DNA of 64,000 nt from Octopus sinensis (GCF_006345805.1 NC_042998.1:142166001-142230000); one strand, 5' to 3'; counted from the first letter of the stretch, positions 1 through 13,216 are shown. The notes: generated by a model not told the origin, from the sequence alone. Numbers and translations: made by a program.

Positions 1-2133
1 AAAATATTAACATCTGACTTGACTGAATATACCTATAGATTTTCAATAAAAAGTGGCATATTCCCTAATGAGCAAAAATGATGTAAATGCGGACCCTATG
101 GATGTAAAGATGATCTTGGAAGATTGTCACAACGACACAAAAACTATAGACTATAGAAATGTTTTTGATAGTCTACTATATAGCTAGATTAAGAAATGGC
201 TGGAAATGTATAAAATAGCACCTACTCTGCGAAACTTCTTGTCTGTAAGTATGAGATCATAGAGAACCACACTGACTTTAAACAGTGATAATGAATCTCT
301 CAATGCTGGAGATGTAGGAATTTCATGTGGAATTTTCCAGGGTGACTCTCTATCACTACTCCTCTTTTGTCTAGCCTTAAAACCTCTCTCGAAATTGCTC
401 GATGATGTACAATATGGCTATAAAATGTTTGATAAAAATGACCAACAACTACAGGGCTTACTAGCAATTGTTGAACAATTCTGTGATGACATCAGGATGC
501 AATTTGGCCTCCATAAATGTGCAAAAACTACCTTTATCAAAGGAAAAATGGCAGAAACATCCAACGTTAATCTTGGCCAGCAGAATGTCATAAAGAAGTT
601 AGAACCAGCGGAGAGCTACAAATACCTAGGGATATTTGAAGGTAATGGAATCAAACATTCAATGATAAGGGAAAGGATCAGAAGAGCAAGTTATAGCAGG
701 GTAAGGGCAATACACAAGACAGAGCTGAATGGAAGAAACAAGATCGAAGCGACTAATATTTTAGCGATACCGGTCGTGACTTAGTTTTAATATCATTAAC
801 TGGTCAATTAGTGAAATTTGTAATCTTGACAGAAAAATTCGAAATTTGTTGACAATGCATAGAATGCACCACCCTAAGGCAGATATAGAACGACTTTACC
901 TGGCTAGAAATGAGGGTGGCCGTGGACTTTTACAACTGGAACTATCAACGAAGATTGCCACAATTGGCCTCAACATCTACCTGAAAAACACTGATGGCTG
1001 GATGTCAAAAGTTGTTTTAAAGCATGAAAACAAGAAAGCATCATATTTAGGCAAAGGAATATCTAAGTGAATTCCAAATATAACAAATCCCAGAATTAGA
1101 CGTATTGGAAACAAACACAGAAAGAAGTTAATCGTATGAAAACCCATGCTAAAACTACTGTCTTAGATATTCTTACTGATAAATATCAAGAAAAACCTCT
1201 CAATAGCAAATACCCAAAGAGAGCTAATAATGCCGTTGTTGACAAAGCCCTTACCCATCAATGGTTAATGTCTTCTGGCTCAAAATCAGAGACAGAAGGG
1301 TATATCATAGTAGCCCAAGATCAATGCCTACATACAAGAAGCTATCAGGCCAGCATCTTAAAGAATGGCAGTAGCCAACATAGTTATGCATACAACAAAA
1401 TGAAACCATTGATCATGTTGTCTCCATGTGCAGTCTTCTAGCGCCTACAGAGTATCTCAACAGGCATCATAGAGTAGCACAGTACATTCACTGGGCAATT
1501 TGCAAAATCTTGGACCTGCCCCATGATAAAAACTGGTGGGAACACAAACCACCTCCAGTACTTGAAAATTATCACATCTCACTCCTCTGGAACTTCACTA
1601 TACAAACTGACAGAAAGAGAGATGCGGATAGGCCATGCATTATATTGAAAGACTTCAGACAAAAATTATGCCTCCTTATTGATATGACTGTCCCAATCGA
1701 CATAAATGTATCTGTCAAAACCTACCACAAACTGATCAAGTATAAAGATTTTGATATAAAAATTGGCAAAATGTGGAACCTCAGATTAAAAAAATACCTG
1801 TTGTCATAGGTGCCCTAGGAATAATAGCAAAAATGGCTGATTCCTATCTGGCTCAGATACCAGGAAAGCCCAAAATGGCAGAAATTCAAAAGATAGTGTT
1901 CGTGGGAACTACCCATATCCTACGTGAAATGCTGTCTATGTAAACTCAAATTTTATAACAAACTTATATTTTTTTTATGTTTTCTTATACATTCTATAGA
2001 ACAATACTATGTGGAAAATCAAATATATGACACTCCAGGCATAATACCAACTTGAACTTCTTACTTTTTGTCTCTTGAGATCTCTGGGTGAGACTTGGAG
2101 CCGACTTGTTCAAATACAAAGCAAAAGTCAAAC

Positions 2134-2135
<2 letters not shown>
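1..2135 (+). mobile_element. Decayed R4/Dong-like non-LTR retrotransposon (RT + CCHC + REL endonuclease), frameshifted, with 3' UTR ending in an (AAT)n tract
   Basis: ORF pieces 395-784, 846-1070, 1136-1441 and 1426-1809 align colinearly with the intact ORF at 19228-20850. GIFQGDSLS-like RT motif at ~329-360; RHH/RPCII..LLIDMTVP REL region. 3' UTR matches 19030-19227. (AAT)n starts at 2136. Confidence 0.92.
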
Positions 2136-2187
<52 letters not shown>

Positions 2188-2372
2188 TAATAATAATAAT
2201 AATAACGATGATAATAATAATATTTGGAATATCACTACCTGCCTGCCTGCCTACCTACCTACCTATTTTTCTGTTTTCTTTTATGTATTCACATTTGTGT
2301 ATGTATGGATATGTGTTTACGTGCGAGCGTGCGTACGTGTGTATATAATATATATATATACATACATACATG

Positions 2373-2459
<87 letters not shown>

Positions 2460-2523
2460 ATATATATATACACATATGTATAGGAAATGAAAGACGGAAG
2501 ATAGAATATACGAGAATTTATTA

Positions 2524-2628
2524 ATCATGACAATTGTTTCGACACATCTAGCACCGATCCCTCATTGGTAGGACACTCAACAACTGGTTCAGCAGCATCC
2601 GGCGGTGCAGATGTATCTCGTCGGTAAT
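2524..2628 (-). ncRNA. Degenerate type I hammerhead-like motif (core CCGACGA, long stem II, palindromic stem III)
   Basis: Minus strand reads CCGACGA-GATACATCT-GCACCG...CGGTGC-T-AGATGTGTC-GAAA-CAATTG-TC. Core has U-to-C and stem I is weak. Lies between TA/CA microsatellites. Confidence 0.45.
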
Positions 2629-2751
2629 AAATAGATACATCTCGTTTAAATAACACTTCCGCAATGTGACTTCTCGTTTTGTAGAAAGAAAAACAGGCAG
2701 ATGGAGGAAATATCCTCATTTATATGTATGCCTATATATGTGTGTGTGTGT

Positions 2752-2784
<33 letters not shown>

Positions 2785-3339
2785 TGTGTACATATATGTA
2801 AAAACATCATTTTTGAAGCGCCAGTGAAGCTTCAAAAAAGTTGATACAGCTCTCAGCTATGAGTGCATGAGTGCATTGCAACTTATAGCAGAAACAGCTC
2901 TAAGTTAATGAAGTCCGTAGCATAATTGCTCATTCACTTGTCGTTTATTGAATGGCTTATTACTGCTCTGTACAACTGATGTTCTTGGCAGTCAGCCGTT
3001 CATAAAAATATATGCACGCCTGATACCATCATAAAAAACAAGTGAAAACGCATTTCTGTCAAAACGGGGGATCATAAAATAGCTTCAAAAACAGGTATAG
3101 TGTGTACAATATGTTCAGCCATTGTACAAACAGGTTATAACGTTTAATGTACACAACCATTTGTTTTTAAGACATTCTTCGCACACACACACACACACAC
3201 ACACACACTCATGCACACACTCGTATATACGCGTATGTACATATATAAACACACACTCACCCATAGACATACAAAAACACATTTAACTTAAGCTATAAAA
3301 GTCAATACACATACACACACACACACATATATATATATT

Positions 3340-3383
<44 letters not shown>

Positions 3384-3450
3384 TAAATAAAACGAGACAA
3401 CAAAACCAAGGCAGTGTGAAATTTCTAGGACATTTATAAAGAGAATGGTA

Positions 3451-3498
3451 GTCTTACAGCTGTTTCAGAGATATAAAAGATATCTAATCATCAGAGAC
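3451..3498 (-). ncRNA. Type I hammerhead ribozyme motif, Penelope-like minimal type
   Basis: Minus strand: GTCT-CTGATGA-tt-AGATAT-ctttt-ATATCT-ct-GAAA-CAGCTG-TA-AGAC. Base of stem II is mismatched. Adjacent inverted repeat at 3536-3581/3660-3705 and (TA)n at ~3328-3385. Confidence 0.65.
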
Positions 3499-3738
3499 GA
3501 TATGAGGGAGTGAAATAGAAGGAAATAGTACAGTTCAATATAAGAAGTTATTTTGGAAAGGGAGAGATATAGGAAGTATAAAGGGAAATATGGGAATAAA
3601 AATATTTTATTTTTATTTTTATTCTCATATTTTCGTTTAGTTTTATTATCATATTAGCCTTATACTTCTTATATCTCTCCCTTTCCAAAATAACTTCTTA
3701 TATTGATTTCTATTATTTATTATATGTATATTCATAAA

Positions 3739-3930
3739 TACGAATAAGTGCTGAAAAGTTCCGGGCCTTAATGAACTTTCGAGTTCTTTTACAGGGCTTA
3801 AATAAACAGAAGGACCGCTGCAATAAATGTGTAAATGTGAGAGGGGGAATATATTGAATAAAGTCACAAGTAACTGATCCTTCTGTATATTCTTTTAATC
3901 AAAACCAGAGATTTCCAGTGCCCCTTCATA
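3739..3930 (+). mobile_element. Mariner-derived internally deleted element (MITE-like)
   Basis: Degenerate TIRs (tacgaataagtgctgaaaagttcc / gagatttccagtgccccttcata) bounded by TA. Retains the mariner C-terminal RCNKCVNV-RG/EYIE* motif at ~3816-3862. Confidence 0.6.
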
Positions 3931-5709
3931 TATATATATATATATACTAAAATAAGGATTCAGATAGAATCAGATACTTGAATAGATATGCACCAGATAG
4001 GGTTGGATAAACCTGTGGTTCCGGCTTATGGTTGTTAAGTATCAAGTAGAATATTCCGGTTGTGTACAGAGAGAAAACCAATCCTATGAGTATTTAGCGC
4101 TCGTCCACATCATGCGTTACGTTGAATAATACGTTGCTGGTATACTCTAGGGTGTCCGACAAATCGTAAATCCCCTTGGTGTACTACAATCAAATGAATT
4201 ATATAATACGATGGATAAATGTCAGCTCATATGAGCTGACAATTATTCATCGTATGTTATTATTCATTTGTGTGTGTGTGTGTGTGTGTGTATGTGTGTG
4301 TGTGTGTGTGTGTGTGTTGTGTGTGTGTATGTGTGTGTATGTATGTGTGTGTATGTGTGTGTGTATGTGTGTTTGACGGTACTGTTCGTGAAACAGTTTT
4401 GATCACAACTGTCCGACGAACAGTAACCTGAAACTCTGAGGAACAGTTTGTAACTATTTTTGCAGCTTACATAAAAGCATACTAGTTCACCTTCGGCATC
4501 CAACTACTATTTATTTCCACCTTGTTTTGCATTTATGTTCTTACTCTAGATCAATCAAAACCGAATTTCAGCAAATTCAACAAAATGACCCAATAAAAGA
4601 ATGAATCAACCGAAACGACTGATGACTGTTCCTCACAGGGAAGCCAACCAGGCAGAACGACAAACTTGACCACCGGAAAAACAAGACGACACCAGCACTT
4701 TAACGAATCAAAAATCAGAACCACTCGCGGAAAAAATTATAAATACGCTGGATTCCAAAGCACACCGCTGCAAGCGAAAGTTCTTACACTCGACGGAAAG
4801 AGGATCAGAGAAACAGTAAACCAAATCCCCTTTTTTACTATCTTCATTTCTCCCTTGTTTTTTTTTTCATCTTAACTCAATATGACTGAAACTTTGACGA
4901 TATTCATTTCTTGTCGATCACTACTAACACTAATGAGCTTTGTACATTCAAAGAAATTGATGCACAGTTTTAATATTATTGACTGTTATAAGCATTTAAA
5001 CTTGTCAACATCGAAATTTTTTAACATGTTTTTCTAATTCATAATTCTATATTTGTCTGTTATGAACATTTTAATTTGTCAGCATTGAAACTTTTCAAAT
5101 TCATAATTCCAAATTTTCACCATTGATAAACAAAAATATAGTTGAAACTAGTTTGGTATATATGTAAATGAATTTGTTTTAAACAATTACAAGTTTTTCG
5201 AATTTAGGTGCATTTTCAACAACAAATTGGCCTATATTTTTTCATGCGTGTAAATACACCCCATCTTTTGCTATAAATATATATAATATAATATAATATA
5301 ATATAATATAATATAATATAATATAATAAATGCGAAAAGTCATTTTACTTTGAAGAAATTATAAATGAATATTAAAAATATTTTAAATTATAAAGTTTAT
5401 TTGTATATTAGACATAAATTATAATGCTTAATATTGCAAGGTTCGCTGCTGTTTTAAATGTCAACTTACGTTTGAATTCCATATGTAAACAAATAGCTTT
5501 TCTTCGCGTTCGTAAAAAATGTAATAAAGCAACAAAAAAATTATTTTTGAAAGTATTACGAAGTGCAACAACAATCCTATGTAATAGAATTAAGCTTTCG
5601 AATTGTGTTAGATTGCGGTCAATCTCGGGTACCACCTTGAAATTATTTAGTCAATAATATCATCTCCCAACACAATTTTTCGCGTATGGTCTGACGTATG
5701 TTGTATTAC

Positions 5710-5905
5710 CCTTTTCTACTCTAGGCACAAGGCCCTAAATTTTGGGGGAGGGGGCCAGTCAATTAGATCGACCCCAGTATGCAAATGGTACTTAATTTAT
5801 CGATTCCGTAATGATGAAAGGCAAAGTCAACCTCGGCGGAATTTGAATTCAGAACGTAAAGACGGACGAAATATCGTGCTAACGTTTCTGCCAGTTCGCC
5901 GCTTT
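5710..5905 (-). mobile_element. tRNA-derived SINE, family A
   Basis: Shares GTTCTGAGTTCAAATTCCGCCGAGG (box B-like) and TTCATCCTTTCGGGGTCGATAAATTAAGTACC-like core with many other copies in the window. Confidence 0.8.
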
Positions 5906-6371
5906 TGTATGTTACATTATCAAGGGCGTCAACAAAAGAAAATATAAAAGTATCAACCGAGATAATTGAAAAGGGTCCATTTGCTGACAGTTGTGTTTGC
6001 AAAAAGAATTATACGGTAATGTGACATTCATCATTCTCTTTTAATTGAAATGTATTTAAGTTTCTTTTTAATTGCTAGGAAAGGGACACTGGAAACACTT
6101 AAGACGTCTATAAGTGAATATAATGAAACAACAATATAGCAAAACACAACTCTTCATATTAGTAAATGTAATTCATTAATTCCCACTAGGACATCTATTT
6201 TCAAATTCATGAATATTTTCCATTGACAGTCTCATCTCTTTTCCGACTTTCATTATCGTCTTTTTAAAATTATTTTAGTGATTACAGAATAAACTGTAAC
6301 AGAGTCTTTGTTCAGTTCCATATCTATATGTATATATAATACTAATATGCGCAACTCACATGCTGGCAGAA

Positions 6372-6401
6372 AACCGCCCGGAGGGCGGATTTTTTGCTAG
6401 T
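6372..6401 (+). mobile_element. Helitron-type 3' terminus
   Basis: GC hairpin CCGCCC-GGA-GGGCGG followed about 8 nt later by CTAG|T in an AT-rich context. Confidence 0.5.
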
Positions 6402-6486
6402 ATATATAAATATGCATGTCTGTATATATGCATATATGTATGTGTGTATATGTGAGTATATATGTATGTATATGTGTGTATTTAGT

Positions 6487-6800
6487 GAAGGTGCCTGGTT
6501 TGGTGGTTTGGGTATTCGGCTCGCAAACGTAAGGTCGTGAGTTCAATTGCCATCGACGCCTTGTGCCCTTGAGCAAGACACTTTATTCCACGTCGCTCCA
6601 GTCCACTAACCTGACAGAAAATGAGTAGCACCTGTATTTGAAAAGGCCGGCCTTGTCACATTCTGTATCACTACGTTAAATGTACACGTGTCTGTGGAGT
6701 GTTCAGCGACATGAGCGTTAATTTCACGTGCAGGCTGTTCCGTTGATCGGATCAACTGGAACCCTCGTCGTCGTAACTGACGGAGTGCCAGTTGCCAGTC
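6487..6800 (+). mobile_element. tRNA-derived SINE, family B
   Basis: Box A/B-like head (tggtttggtggtt...gtgagttcaattgcc). Body shared with 50690-50855 (cacgttaatttcacg..gatcggatcaactgga). Confidence 0.7.
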
Positions 6801-7411
6801 AGTGTGTATTTAGTTTTATATTTCTAGATTTCTAGCCAACGGAGACAATGCCAGTTCCCAATAGAGAAGGAGCCGGTTTCTAACCTAGATCCAAAGCTCC
6901 TTCATTGGAATTTTAACATCAACAACGGGGTATTTTTGTATGTATGTATGTGTGTATGTATGTTTGTATGTATGTATGTATGTATGTATGTATGTATGTA
7001 TGTATGTATGTATGTATGTATGCATGCATGTATGTATGCATGTATGTATGTATATGTACAGATTTGTATGTTTTGTTTTCTCATGCATATATTTGCATAT
7101 CAAAATATGCTCATATATACTTAAATGATAAACTTCTCGAAAGTTTTACAGATTTTTACAGTTCCGGTGATGGCTTGGATCTGTATGTTTTCGAATCAGT
7201 TTTCTCCTTTCTGGTTTTGAGAAGCCTCATTTCTCAAGATTGCTATTTAGGCAGTGTTTTACATATCCCAGTGTATGTATGTATGTATGTATGTATGTAT
7301 GTATGTATGTATGTATGTATGTATGTATGCATGTATTTATGTATGTATGTACGTATGTATGCATGTATTCATGTATGTATGTATGAATAATACCTGTCAC
7401 AAACACAAACA

Positions 7412-7610
7412 CGAGGTAGTAGAAACGTTAGCACGTGCTTAGCACGGTATTTCGTCTGTCTTTACGTTCTGAGTTCAAATTCCGCTGAATTCAACTTTGG
7501 CTTTCATCCTTTCGGGGTCGATAAATTAAGTACTAGTTGCGTAGTGGACTCAATCCAATCGACTGGCTCCTTCCAAAAAGTTTCGGACCTTGTACCTAGT
7601 GTAGAAAAGA
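7412..7610 (+). mobile_element. tRNA-derived SINE, family A
   Basis: gttctgagttcaaattccgc...ctttcatcctttcggggtcgataaattaagtac core. Confidence 0.8.
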
Positions 7611-7612
7611 AT

Positions 7613-7825
7613 AATATCTGTTACTTGTGTTTTAAGCCCAGTCAGTCAGGAGCTGGTCTTAAAAGTCATCTGAGAGCTCATCAACGGAGGGATTGTGCTG
7701 TGTAATGGGGTGTGTTTTGTGTGTGTTGATGGGACGGCTATCATCTGTCCAGATGAAGCAATCAAGATGAAGGAATAAAGAAATAAGAAACGTTAGATAA
7801 AGAAATAAGATGAAGCAATCATCAT
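7613..7825 (+). mobile_element. 3' end of an RTE-type LINE (C-terminal C2H2 finger plus short 3' UTR)
   Basis: 7613-7705 translates NICYLCFKPSQSGAGLKSHLRAHQRRDCAV* (Cx2Cx12Hx3H, GLxSHxRxH, as at RTE ORF C-termini). Repeated gatgaagcaatca tail. Confidence 0.55.
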
Positions 7826-8109
7826 ATATGTATGTGTGTATGTATGCGTGTATATAAAGTGTAAATATAGGAAATTGATTTTGTAGATATATAAATATTG
7901 TAAATTGTTTTGTTTTTTTAATCTGTATTTTGAATGAAGGAAAAATGATTTTGTAAATAAAATACCTTAAATATGATTAGGACACGTCTATGTTAGGAGT
8001 CCGAATTTTCTTTTATTTAAACATATGAGATAAACAAACAAAATCCCGATGTTTTCGCGAATAGTATAAATGTTGAATTCGTTTTATTCTACTATTTTTA
8101 TATTCGTTT

Positions 8110-8308
8110 CGAATTTTGGCGCAAGGTCGGCGAGTTCGTAGGAGGAAGTAAGTCGACTACATCGACACCTGTACTCAAGCTGGTACTTATTTTATCGACC
8201 CCGAAAGGATGAATGGCAAAATGGACCACGGCGGAAATTGAACTTAGACGGACGGAATGCCGCTAAGCATTTTCCCGTGTTAACGATTCTGCCAGTTTGC
8301 CGCCTTAC
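8110..8308 (-). mobile_element. tRNA-derived SINE, family A
   Basis: ggtacttattttatcgaccccgaaaggatgaa..ggcggaaattgaac..aacgattctgccag motif set. Confidence 0.8.
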
Positions 8309-8829
8309 TCCTATCTTCATATTAGCCACGCGTATATTCTGGTTACATCCTTCCTTTAATTCCTGTGTAAGGATATAAATATATGTTTGATTAGTTGTTA
8401 GTGGGAAACGGGGGTTATACAACTATAACCAAACATATTCCTCATTGATACTTACTACATTCCGAATATTTTCTTTGCATGATTTTAATAGTCCTATTCT
8501 ACTATTCAGGATTGTACGCTACTATATTATTTTCTCTAATTCAGATTCATGCCACTCTAAAATATCCATTTTTATTCATACGAAAATAATTGAACGTCAT
8601 AGAGAAATATTAACAAAGTATAGACAATTCTTAAACAAAGGCTGTGTGGTCAAGAATTATGCAAGAATTATGCTTTGCAACCACGTGACTTCGGGTTAAG
8701 TCCCACTAAGTAACACTTGTGTCTTCTGCTTTGGCGTTTGAGCGGACCAATACTCTGTGAGGGAATTTTGTAGCGGGGAAACTACGTTGGAGCCCCGTCA
8801 TATTCATACACGCATACCCCCACCCATAT

Positions 8830-8900
<71 letters not shown>

Positions 8901-9336
8901 TGTTAAAATCGGGGCTGCGTCTTTGTGAAGCACATCTGCATGTTCATAGTAATCAAATGTATGTTAATAGATGCTTCATTTCAAATGAGACGTATGTAGA
9001 TAGCATTCTGATGAATTCTATTTGCAGAGTAATTTCTTATCAAAAGACAAGCAGACATTTTTCAGTCTTTTGATATATATATACAGGGACAAACATGAAG
9101 ACGGAAGAAATGCTGCTACTAACGATTCTGCCAATAATGATAGTCCTTTCTACCATAGCCACAAGGCCTGACATTTTGGGAGCAGGGTGGTATTATTTGA
9201 GTGGTACTTATTTTATCGAAGAGATGAAAACCAAGGTCAACCTAGGTGGTGTTTGAACTCAGAATGTAAAGACGGATGAACTGCCGCTACAAAGTTTGTT
9301 TGACCTCTGCATACTCATCGGCTTGTATAAATAATG

Positions 9337-9407
<71 letters not shown>

Positions 9408-9408
<1 letters not shown>

Positions 9409-9961
9409 CCCTGATGCAGTACCAGGCAGTGGCTCTCATGGCTTCTGATCTTAACTGATTGGAAGTGTTATCATGTACATTGTTTTGTCTTGGTATAAAA
9501 GATGGCTACAGCAAATATTCTGCTCAATACCACAGATTTGCTTGTCAGTTGTTTGACTTTAACCAGTTGAGCATGTCCCTTAGTGGCTGACGATGTGTGC
9601 ATCTCTGATCACGAGCAGAAGTAGTGGGGGAGCATCATAGCCATGTGTTGAGAGGGATTCTTTGGAGTTTGAATAATTCAACCCCTGGAAACATGGGTGG
9701 TTCTTTCAACATCCTTAAACAACCCTTATTCAGGGACCTTTTGAGCGGGATGGGCAACTCAACCTGAAGAAAATTCTAACTGGGCCCCAACTGCAAGGTC
9801 ATGTGCTGTTTATCTTGATATGAGATCACCATGTCGCGCACATATGGTTGTGATGCATGTGCCTGGTGTACCCTTATCAGACGGGTAGTCATGATGGGTA
9901 TATTGGGCTTCGTATATTTCACCCCAGTGTCACTTTGATGGCATGAACTGCTCTCTCACTC
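9408..9961. mobile_element. Non-coding ~550-bp repeat flanked on both sides by (AAT)n
   Basis: Bounded by (AAT)n at ~9330-9407 and from 9962. Diverged second copy at 10094-10585. Confidence 0.7.
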
Positions 9962-9993
<32 letters not shown>

Positions 9994-10043
9994 TGATGAT
10001 GATGATGATGATGATGATAATAATAATAGTAATAACAATGATA

Positions 10044-10078
<35 letters not shown>

Positions 10079-10093
10079 AATAATAATAATAAT

Positions 10094-10585
10094 GGAAGTA
10101 AATGTTTTTCCTTAGTGTAAATGATGGACTTCAGAAAATATTCTGCTCAGTACTACAAATTTGCTTGTCAATTGTTCGGCCATAACCATTTAAGCATGTC
10201 CCTTAGTATTTGATGATGTGCGCATTTCTGATCACGAACAGGAGCTGTGGGAAGCATCACAGACATGTGTTGAGAGGGATTCTGTGAGGTTTGAATAGTT
10301 CATCCCTGGATACATAGGTGTTTCATTCATCATCTTTAAATAACCTTTATTTAAGGATCTTTTGAGCGAAATGGGCTCTTCGACCTGAAAAAAAATTCTA
10401 ACTAGGCCCCCACCTGCAAGGTAATACGCTGTCTACCCCGATATGGGATCACAACGTCACGCACATATGGCTGTGATGCATGTGCTTGATGTACCCTTAT
10501 CAGATGAGTAGTCTTGATGGGTGTGTTGGGCTTCGTATACATGTAACCTATTATCACTTTGATGGCGGGTGTTGTTCTCTCACTC
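10094..10585. mobile_element. Diverged second copy of the (AAT)n-flanked repeat
   Basis: Colinear similarity to 9460-9961, same ...ctctcactc|aataataat right end. Confidence 0.7.
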
Positions 10586-11473
10586 AATAATAATAATAAC
10601 AATAATAATAGTTTCTAATGACTCAATGACAAAATGACTCAAATATTGATAAGAGCTATATCTGAGTCCTGTATCTGACTGATATTTATTTCATATACCA
10701 ACGAAGAATGACAGAGTAAATCGGGTGTTTAAACACATTGTCCTTACTAAATACCATTGATTACTCAAGCTGAACTTGGAATGATGATGATGATGATGAG
10801 GAGGAGGAGGAGGAGGAGGAGGAGGAGGAGGAGGGAAGAAGAGGTGAAGCAGGAGAATGTGAAGGAAGACAGAGAAACAAGATGAGCAAGAGGAGGAAGT
10901 GGATGAAGTAGAGAAAATGCTGGAGAAGCTGGTGGTGGTAGTGGTAGTGGTGACAGAGGAAGAGGAAAATGAGGTGGAGGAAGGGAAGGCAAGATGGCGA
11001 CTTAGAGGTAGAGGAGTAGCAGGAGGAAGAGGTGGTAATGCCGATCGTACTGAAGACCAATGCCATCTCTATTTTGCTTTTTGAGCCCAAGTAGGACATT
11101 TTACAATTTAGCTGCAGCAGCGTCTGTGGAAAGAAATGCACCAGAGACAACAATTCTGTTTGGCAACAGCGACGGAAGATAAATTCCATTTTGGATCGAA
11201 TGATTGTTGTCAGATGACGTCACACTACGACCATTCAGTTACAGTGGAGAGATAGTCTGGGGAAACTAAGGTAAAGATTCCAGGAATGTCTACGATGCAA
11301 ACGAACAGGGTCATGGAGTGCAGATGACACAATATATTATCGTTGACGAGATGCAATTATTGAGATCTACTTATCGCTCCCTTTCTCAATCTCTCTCCTT
11401 CTCTCTCTCTCTCGCTCTCTCGCTCTCTCTCTCTCGCTCTCTCTCTCCCCCTCTCTCTTTCTTTTTCTTTTCG

Positions 11474-11538
<65 letters not shown>

Positions 11539-11706
11539 ATATATGTATGTATGTATATATATATATATATATAATATATATATATATATTGTATAGAGGG
11601 CATTATTACACATAAATGCCTCACACTAGGAGGGACAGAGTCATTACTACCAAAATTATACTAATCATACCCAAATGCAGTTTTTCAAAGCAAGACATTC
11701 AAAAAT

Positions 11707-11775
11707 GAATTATGTTCTGTATCACCGTGATTTCACATACAACTTGCGTCTAATGATCGTCAGCAGAACTGATTC
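11707..11775 (-). ncRNA. Type I hammerhead ribozyme (inverted copy of array unit)
   Basis: Reverse complement of the 12271-12339 motif. Confidence 0.75.
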
Positions 11776-12270
11776 TGAATACATCATAAATAAACTAACC
11801 TTACGTAGCGAAGACGAACAGACAACTGCTCACTCCGGCCAAGCACATGGAATGTTCATAAACCATATATCCGGTAAATGGCGGGCTTTTTACGAACTGC
11901 ATGTCGGGTAGTAATGTTGGTAGTAATGACTCTGTCCCTCCTAGTGTGAGGCATTTATGTGTAATAATGCCCTCTATACAATATAGATATAATTAATTTG
12001 TTCAAAAGAAAAAAATTATTTTCGGATTCTTTTCTTTTATGAGGTTTTCACGCTAGCTACCTGATAATTTCTTGTTAAGATCCCTTATTAAGAGATTATC
12101 CTTAATTGTTAAACTTATTCCGAAATACTTTTCATTACCCGACATGCAGTTCGTAAAAAGCCCGCCATTTACCGGATATATGGTTTATGAACATTCCATG
12201 TGCTTGGCCGGAGTGAGCAGTTGTCTGTTCGTCTTCGCTACGTAAGGTTAGTTTATTTATGATGTATTCA

Positions 12271-12339
12271 GAATCAGTTCTGCTGACGATCATTAGACGC
12301 AAGTTGTATGTGAAATCACGGTGATACAGAACATAATTC
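12271..12339 (+). ncRNA. Type I hammerhead ribozyme, array copy 1
   Basis: GAAT-ca-GTTCTG-CTGACGA-t-CAT-ta-GAC-GCAA-GTT-gt-ATG-t-GAAA-TCAC-g-GTGA-TA-CAGAAC-ata-ATTC. Predicted cleavage after 12326. Confidence 0.75.
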
Positions 12340-12745
12340 ATTTTTGAATGTCTTGCTTTGAAAAACTGCATTTGGGTATGATTAGTATAATTTTGGTAGT
12401 AATGACTCTGTCCCTCCTAGTGTGAGGCATTTATGTGTAATAATGCCCTCTATACAATATAGATATAATTAATTTGTTCAAAAGAAAAAAATTATTTTCG
12501 GATTCTTTTCTTTTATGAGGTTTTCACGCTAGCTACCTGATAATTTCTTGTTAAGATCCCTTATTAAGAGATTATCCTTAATTGTTAAACTTATTCCGAA
12601 ATACTTTTCATTACCCGACATGCAGTTCGTAAAAAGCCCGCCATTTACCGGATATATGGTTTATGAACATTCCATGTGCTTGGCCGGAGTGAGCAGTTGT
12701 CTGTTCGTCTTCGCTACGTAGGTTAGTTTATTTATGATGTATTCA

Positions 12746-12814
12746 GAATCAGTTCTGCTGACGATCATTAGACGCAAGTTGTATGTGAAATCACGGTGAT
12801 ACAGAACATAATTC
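12746..12814 (+). ncRNA. Type I hammerhead ribozyme, array copy 2
   Basis: Same motif as copy 1; predicted cleavage after 12801. Confidence 0.75.
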
Positions 12815-13216
12815 ATTTTTGAATGTCTTGCTTGAAAAACTGCATTTGGGTATGATTAGTATAATTTTGGTAGTAATGACTCTGTCCCTCCTAGTGTGAG
12901 GCTTTATGTGTAATAATGCCCTCTATACAATATAGATATAATTAATTTGTTCAAAAGAAAAAAATTATTTTCGGATTCTTTTCTTTTATGAGGTTTTCAC
13001 GCTAGCTACCTGATAATTCTTGTTAAGATCCCTTATTAGAGATTATCCTTAATTGTTAAACTTATTCCGAAATACTTTTCATTACCCGACATGCAGTTCG
13101 TAAAAAGCCCGCCATTTACCGGATATATGGTTTATGAACATTCCATGTGCTTGCCGGAGTGAGCAGTTGTCTGTTCGTCTTCGCTACGTAAGGTTAGTTT
13201 ATTTATGATGTATTCA

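Noticed and set aside
4221-4240. Perfect 20-bp palindrome GTCAGCTCATATGAGCTGAC
   Set aside because: Isolated, with no supporting context for a function.
4375-4450. Possible hammerhead (actgt-ccgacga..gaaa-ctctgag..acagt)
   Set aside because: Core mutated, no UH site, and an alternative simple hairpin explains the symmetry.
7613-7705. Exon of a host C2H2 zinc-finger gene
   Set aside because: Single finger, no TGEKP linker, immediate stop; fits an RTE C-terminus better.
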